In this document: positions 58,993-64,000 of the stretch, piece after piece
How positions within the stretch are numbered: the stretch's first letter is position 1
How the letters are laid out: every line of letters starts with the position of its first letter
Assembly (NCBI GenBank): GCA_017502165.1
Contig: JAFVVO010000019.1
Location: 63,415-127,414 of the forward strand
Direction of reading: 5' to 3'
Source: Clostridia bacterium
GTDB taxonomy: Bacteria; Bacillota; Clostridia; Christensenellales; QALW01
Length of the DNA stretch: 64,000 bases
The notes under the pieces: model-generated
What the model was told of the DNA's origin: nothing
What the model saw: only the letters and a program-made list of their open reading frames with translations
Database searches by the model: none
Program-made: the position numbers and the translations under genes

Positions 58993-59021
58993 TTGACAAA
59001 AAACCATAAAAGTAGTAACAT
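58993..59021 (+). promoter_or_regulatory. Sigma-A promoter of the infC operon
   Basis: TTGACA-N17-TAACAT. Confidence 0.7.
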
Positions 59022-59029
59022 AACTAAGC

Positions 59030-59140
59030 AAAGTAGAAGCCGCCCGCTTCTCACCTGTCAGCAAATGCGCTGCACACGGTTACTTAATGGCATTTTTGTT
59101 ATTGTATGCGGGTAGCTTGTGCTATCCGCATTATTTATTT
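59030..59140 (+). ncRNA. Ribosomal protein L20 leader
   Basis: AGTAGAAGC..CCCGCTTCTCACC motif and a GCGGGTAGC/GCTATCCGC stem with U-rich tail, upstream of infC. Confidence 0.75.
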
Positions 59141-59154
59141 TGGAGGTGTTCAAC

Positions 59155-59658
59155 ATTACTGAATTAGCGATAAATGATGAAATAAGAGAAAAAGAAGTTC
59201 GTCTTATCGGGACTGATGGTGCTCAGTTGGGTATCGTTTCTATTGAGCAGGCTATGCGTATGGCTGAACAGGAGGAATTAGACCTTTGTTTGATTTCGCC
59301 TAAGGCAGTACCGCCCGTTTGCAAAATTATGGATTACGGCAAATACCGTTTCGAAGCACAAAAGAGGGAAAAGGAAAACCGTAAAAATCAAAAGGTTATT
59401 GCCTTACACGAAATTCAGCTTTCCGCAACAATCGAAAAGCATGATATGGAGACAAAGGCAAAGAAGGCAAGAGAATTTATTAAAGCCGGCGATAAGGTTA
59501 AGGTTTCAATCAGATTCCGTGCCCGTCAGATAACTCACCCCGAAATCGGTCATCAAATTATGTCGCTCTTTTGCGAAATGTTGGAAGACGTTGCCAAGGT
59601 AGAGAAGAAGCCCGCGTTAGAGGGCAGAAATCTCATAATGATAATGTCTGCATTATAA
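59155..59658 (+). CDS. infC: Translation initiation factor IF-3 (ATT start)
   Basis: INDEIREKEVRLI, PPVCKIMDYGKY, GDKVKVSIRFR; ATT 6 nt after GGAGGTG. Confidence 0.95.
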   Translation: MTELAINDEIREKEVRLIGTDGAQLGIVSIEQAMRMAEQEELDLCLISPKAVPPVCKIMDYGKYRFEAQKREKENRKNQKVIALHEIQLSATIEKHDMETKAKKAREFIKAGDKVKVSIRFRARQITHPEIGHQIMSLFCEMLEDVAKVEKKPALEGRNLIMIMSAL

Positions 59659-59680
59659 AACTTTTAGGAGGTAAAATACT

Positions 59681-59881
59681 ATGCCAAAAATGAAAACTCA
59701 CAGAGGTGCGGCTAAAAGATTTTCACTTACCGCTACCGGAAAAGTAAAGAGAGGTAAGGCTTACAGAAGCCATATCTTAACCAAGAAGTCAACCAAGAGA
59801 AAGAGAAATTTACGTCAGGGTGGCTATATTGCAGCTTGTGAAGCAGCAAATATCCGCAGCCTTATCCCTTATAAAAAGTAA
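59681..59881 (+). CDS. rpmI: 50S ribosomal protein L35
   Basis: [14 protein letters not shown]. Confidence 0.97.
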   Translation: MPKMKTHRGAAKRFSLTATGKVKRGKAYRSHILTKKSTKRKRNLRQGGYIAACEAANIRSLIPYKK

Positions 59882-59900
59882 GTTTTAGGAGGAAAGAAAA

Positions 59901-60251
59901 ATGAGAATTAAAAGAGCAGTAAACACTAAAAAGAATCATAAAAAGGTCCTGAAACTTGCTAAAGGCTACTTTGGTGCTAAGAGCAGACAGTTCCGTGTAG
60001 CAAATCAGGCTGTTATGAAGTCACAGGCTTATGCATACGTAGGCCGTAAGTTAAAGAAGAGAGATTTCCGTGCTCTCTGGATCACCCGTATCAATGCTGC
60101 TGCAAGAATGAACGGTCTTAACTACAGCAAGCTTATCAATGGTCTTAAGAAGGCCGGTATTGAAATCAACCGTAAGATGCTTGCAGAATTGGCTGTTTAT
60201 AACGCTGAAGCATTTGCACAGCTTGCAGAAATTGCAAAGAAGAGCCTTTAA
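59901..60251 (+). CDS. rplT: 50S ribosomal protein L20
   Basis: [33 protein letters not shown]. Confidence 0.97.
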   Translation: MRIKRAVNTKKNHKKVLKLAKGYFGAKSRQFRVANQAVMKSQAYAYVGRKLKKRDFRALWITRINAAARMNGLNYSKLINGLKKAGIEINRKMLAELAVYNAEAFAQLAEIAKKSL

Positions 60252-60259
60252 TAAAAGTT

Positions 60260-60293
60260 GTGCGCAATGTTATTAACGTTGCGCACTTTTTTT
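60260..60293 (+). terminator. Terminator after rplT
   Basis: GTGCGCAA/TTGCGCAC followed by a T-run. Confidence 0.75.
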
Positions 60294-60302
60294 AGGTGTA
60301 AT

Positions 60303-61064
60303 ATGCAAAAAATAACGAGTACGTCAAACGAAAAAATAAAGTTCTTAAAAACCTTAAAAAGTAAAAAGGGCAGAGAAGAATCGGGCACTTATTTACTTGA
60401 AGGCAAGAGATCGGTGCTTGATGCTGTTAAGCACAACGTAAAATTTGCACGTATACTTATTCAGGAGGGCTATGAGCTTGACTTTGAGCCTGACTGTGAG
60501 GTGCTTGAGGTTTCACGCCACGTGCTTGAAGCACTTTCAGAGGTTTCTGCACCGGAGGGTATTATTGCTCAGGCTGTTATGCAGGACCTTACCTTTGATG
60601 CAAGCAAAATTGAAGGCCTTGTGGTTTTTCTCGATAGGTTGCAGGACGCAGGCAATGTAGGTACAATTATCCGCACCTGCGATGCGGCAGGCGTTGGCGC
60701 GGTGGTGCTTTCACAAAACTGTGTTGAGGTGTTTAACCCCAAAACTATTCGGGCAACTATGAGCTCTATCTTCAACGTTCCCGTAATGGTGGCAGAAGAT
60801 AGCATCAAGGCACTTGAAAGTCTTAAAGACTCAGGCTACACCGTATATTCTGCGGCGCTTGGGGGAGAGAACTTTTATTCGGTTGATAAAATAGATAAAA
60901 ATAAAAGCTGTATTGTAATAGGCAACGAGGGCAACGACATTTGTGATGAGATTTTAGAAATTTCTGATAAAATCATTGAGTTACCCATGCGTGGCGGAGC
61001 AGAATCACTTAATGCCGCCATTGCTTTAGGCGTGCTTGTTTACGGCTTTATGTTCCGTAATTAA
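60303..61064 (+). CDS. TrmH/SPOUT RNA methyltransferase
   Basis: Start MQKITS; QDAGNVGTIIR, IGNEG, LPM..ESLNAA. Confidence 0.92.
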   Translation: MQKITSTSNEKIKFLKTLKSKKGREESGTYLLEGKRSVLDAVKHNVKFARILIQEGYELDFEPDCEVLEVSRHVLEALSEVSAPEGIIAQAVMQDLTFDASKIEGLVVFLDRLQDAGNVGTIIRTCDAAGVGAVVLSQNCVEVFNPKTIRATMSSIFNVPVMVAEDSIKALESLKDSGYTVYSAALGGENFYSVDKIDKNKSCIVIGNEGNDICDEILEISDKIIELPMRGGAESLNAAIALGVLVYGFMFRN

Positions 61065-61076
61065 GGAGGAAATAAA

Positions 61077-61823
61077 ATGTCAGGACATTCCAAATGGGCT
61101 AATATTAAAAATAAAAAGGCTAAAACCGACGCTCAGAAGGGTAAAATCTTCACCAAAATAGGCAGAGAGCTGGCAGTTGCAGTTAAGGCAGGCGGTCCCG
61201 ATCCCTCGGTTAACTCAAAGCTTGCTGACGTTATTGCAAAGGCAAAGGCAAACAACATGCCTAATGACACCATTTCTCGTAGTATTAAGAAGGCTGCAGG
61301 TGAAGGTGACGGCGCGAACTATGAAGAGCTTGTTTACGAAGGCTACGGTCCTGCAGGCGTTGCCGTTATCGTTGAGCTTCTTACTGATAACCGTAACCGT
61401 ACCGCAGGTGAAATCCGTCATATTTTCGATAAGGCAGGCGGCTCCATGGGCGCAACCGGTTGCGTTAGCTGGATGTTTGATAAAAAGGGCATCATTGTAG
61501 TTGCAAAGAGTGATTCCGTTGATGAAGAAGAGCTTATGATGAGCGCGCTTGACGTGGGCGCAGAGGATTTTGTTCCTCAGGATGAGTCCTATGAAATCTA
61601 TACTAAGCCCGAAGATTTTTCTTACGTTCGTCAGGCTCTTGAAGAAGAGGGATATGAATTCCTTGAAGCACAGACCGATATGGTTCCCCAGAATACTGTT
61701 GCTGTTTCGGGAGACGACGTGCTTAAGAAGATTTACTGGATGCTTGATCAATTCGACGATCACGACGACGTTCAGAACGTTTATCATAACGCAGAGCTTC
61801 CTGAAGAAGAGGAAGAAGAGTAA
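61077..61823 (+). CDS. YebC/PmpR-family protein
   Basis: [35 protein letters not shown]. Confidence 0.96.
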   Translation: MSGHSKWANIKNKKAKTDAQKGKIFTKIGRELAVAVKAGGPDPSVNSKLADVIAKAKANNMPNDTISRSIKKAAGEGDGANYEELVYEGYGPAGVAVIVELLTDNRNRTAGEIRHIFDKAGGSMGATGCVSWMFDKKGIIVVAKSDSVDEEELMMSALDVGAEDFVPQDESYEIYTKPEDFSYVRQALEEEGYEFLEAQTDMVPQNTVAVSGDDVLKKIYWMLDQFDDHDDVQNVYHNAELPEEEEEE

Positions 61824-61832
61824 TTTAGTTTT

Positions 61833-61859
61833 TAAGGACCGAGAAAAATCGGTCCTTTA
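61833..61859 (+). terminator. Hairpin terminator after yebC
   Basis: AAGGACCGA/TCGGTCCTT. Confidence 0.6.
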
Positions 61860-61941
61860 TCACATTTATTGTAGGGCAAGAGCTCTAATTTTCTTTAATT
61901 ATTCTGAAGTGTTTATTTGAAAGCTTTGCCATCGAGGAAAA

Positions 61942-62871
61942 ATGTTTATTATCTATTTTTTTATTGCAATACTTTTAATATTTATATCGGTACTTTTATA
62001 TATCTATAATCTTGCATTTTATAATCCCCCAAGCAAGAGAATTAAAAAGCATTTCCGAGCCAGAGGGGAGCAATATGATGCAGTACGGGAAAAATTAGAT
62101 GCTACCACCAAGACCGTAAGCGAGGCCGAGTTTCAACCGGTTGAGATTATTGCACAGGACGGTGTAAAGCTTCGGGGAAAGTATTATCATTACGCTGACG
62201 GCGCTCCAATGGACATAATTTTTCACGGCTACCGCAGCAGAGCAAACCACGATTGCGGCGGCGGATATTTGCTTGCAAGGGATTTGGGGCATAACGTGAT
62301 TTTGCCCGACCAGAGAGCCCACGGTGAAAGCGGAAGCAATACCATCACCTTCGGCATCAAGGAAAGATACGATTGTCTTGAATGGATAAAGTTTGCTTGC
62401 ACCATGCAGCCCGACGTTAAGATTGTAATTTCAGGCGTTTCAATGGGAGCTGCAACGGTGCTTATGGCAAGTGAATTGGATTTACCCGAAAACGTTAAGG
62501 GAATTATAGCCGACTGCGCCTTTTCTTCACCTATTGAAATTATTTTGATGGAAAGCGAAAAAATGGGTATTCCCAAACAGCTTGCAAAGCCCTTTATTAA
62601 GCTTTCAGCAAGGCTTATGGGAGGCTTTAACGTAGAGGAAGCAAGCGCCAGGGAAGCCGTAAAAAATGCGAAGGTGCCCATTTTGCTTGTTCACGGAGAG
62701 GATGATAAATTTGTTCCCTGCAGAATGAGCTATGATATTTACGAAAACTGCACGGGTGATAAAAAACTTATTACCTTTGAAGGTGCAGGACACGGCTTAA
62801 GCTTTTTAGTTGATGCCGAAAGGTATAAAAAAGAAATTAACGAATTCAAAAACCGAGTAAATAATAATTAA
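61942..62871 (+). CDS. Alpha/beta hydrolase with N-terminal anchor
   Basis: FHGY, DQRAHGES, GVSMG, HGEDD, GAGH. Confidence 0.9.
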   Translation: MFIIYFFIAILLIFISVLLYIYNLAFYNPPSKRIKKHFRARGEQYDAVREKLDATTKTVSEAEFQPVEIIAQDGVKLRGKYYHYADGAPMDIIFHGYRSRANHDCGGGYLLARDLGHNVILPDQRAHGESGSNTITFGIKERYDCLEWIKFACTMQPDVKIVISGVSMGAATVLMASELDLPENVKGIIADCAFSSPIEIILMESEKMGIPKQLAKPFIKLSARLMGGFNVEEASAREAVKNAKVPILLVHGEDDKFVPCRMSYDIYENCTGDKKLITFEGAGHGLSFLVDAERYKKEINEFKNRVNNN

Positions 62872-62922
62872 AAACTACATAAAAGACGAAAAGTTGGACA
62901 AATTAACAACGAGGTGTTATTT

Positions 62923-63021
62923 ATGTGGTTTGTTTGGCTTTTAATAGGTCTTGTCACGGGCGGATTTTTCGGAGTAGTGGGAATGTGCCTTGTGCAGATT
63001 AACAGTTTAAGAAGAAATTAA
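62923..63021 (+). CDS. Small membrane protein, DUF3789-like (32 aa, absent from the ORF track)
   Basis: MWFVWLLIGLVTGGFFGVVGMCLVQINSLRRN; GAGGTG RBS; hairpin TAAACGGTC/GACCGTTTA directly after the stop. Confidence 0.65.
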   Translation: MWFVWLLIGLVTGGFFGVVGMCLVQINSLRRN

Positions 63022-63153
63022 TGGTAAACGGTCGCAAGACCGTTTATTATTTTTGTAAAGAAAATAAATTTGTGGCAGAAAATGTTTATTTATGGTACAA
63101 TACCTATAATGAATTATAAATGTATATAAAGATTCCATAAGGAGTTAAAGTAA

Positions 63154-64000
63154 ATGGACGTTTTATACTTTTTTGAGGGAATCCGTACCGATTTCGGCAA
63201 CGCGTTCTTTTCTGCCATTACCACCTTGGGAGAAGAAACAGCTTTTATCGTTATCGGACTGATTTTCCTTTGGTGCATTAACAAAAAACAAGGATATTAC
63301 CTTTTAAGCGTGGGAATTTTAGGTACTATAATCAACCAATTTTTGAAAATAGTGTTCTGTATTCCTCGTCCCTGGGTGCTCGATAAGAATTTTACCGTTG
63401 TTGAAGGCGCCAAGAAAATGGCTACAGGCTATTCCTTCCCAAGCGGACACACTCAGGTTGGAGTGGGGCTTTTTGCGGGCATCGGAATGTTCCTTAAAAA
63501 CAAATGGGCAAAAATCGGCTGCGTAATTTTGTGCGTGCTTGTGCCCGTTTCAAGAATGTATCTTGGCGTACATACGCCCCTTGATGTAGGGGTATCCATT
63601 ATCGTTGCTCTGGCGCTTTCGCTTTTACTGTATCCCGTTGCCCACAGTAAAAATGAAAATTGGCTTTCTATATTGTTCGGTGCGGTGGTACTGCTTCAGC
63701 TTGCGTCACTGTTATTTATGAATTTCTTTCCCTTCTCACAAGCCGTTGACCCTGCCGAAATAGCTCATAGCCGCGAAAACGCATCAAAAATGTTTGGCTG
63801 CGCGGTAGGCTTATTAACCTGCTACGAGCTTGACAGAAGAAAGCTCAAGTACTGCATCTCGGCTCCCGTTTGGGCGCAGATATTAAAGGTGGCGTTGGGC
63901 CTAATACCCATTTTAGCCATAAAGGCGCTTCTGAAGGAGCCTCTGTATGTACTGTTCGTTAATGAAAATGTTGCCGATTTCGTGCGGTATTTGTTAATTG
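63154..64000 (+). CDS. PAP2-family phosphatase (3' end outside window)
   Basis: Own translation: LKIVFCIPRP, SFPSGH, SRMYLGVH; AAGGAG RBS. Confidence 0.9.
   Translation, partial: MDVLYFFEGIRTDFGNAFFSAITTLGEETAFIVIGLIFLWCINKKQGYYLLSVGILGTIINQFLKIVFCIPRPWVLDKNFTVVEGAKKMATGYSFPSGHTQVGVGLFAGIGMFLKNKWAKIGCVILCVLVPVSRMYLGVHTPLDVGVSIIVALALSLLLYPVAHSKNENWLSILFGAVVLLQLASLLFMNFFPFSQAVDPAEIAHSRENASKMFGCAVGLLTCYELDRRKLKYCISAPVWAQILKVALGLIPILAIKALLKEPLYVLFVNENVADFVRYLLI

Overview
Chromosomal segment of a spore-forming Clostridia-class Firmicute, inferred from spoIVFA/B, csfB, a T-box, sigma-A promoters and a class D sortase. It is mostly housekeeping: der-plsY-parE-parC, minDE-rodA-spoIVFAB, dusB, lepB, pepV, rmuC, ileS, infC-rpmI-rplT and yebC, plus five ABC exporter genes. 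I found no CRISPR array, rRNA, tRNA, IS or prophage. The top finding is a compact RiPP-like module at 42.2-44.6 kb. It has an unannotated 38-aa peptide (YxxP leader, acidic core, C-terminal Ser) with a perfect sigma-A promoter and its own terminator. The peptide is divergent from a stand-alone PqqD/RRE gene, an orphan rmlA/rfbA and a translationally coupled HPr-kinase-like gene, and there is no lasso cyclase. Other accessory elements are: an AT-rich GIY-YIG fusion gene inserted between minE and rodA; an 8-gene carbohydrate-uptake cluster (giant SBP, NHL/TPR, Yip1, DUF5696-like, four permeases); a sortase next to a substrate with a proline-less VNATG signal; and two unusual architectures (acidic-repeat LepB, membrane-anchored PepV). 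All family assignments come from motif recognition by eye, not database searches.
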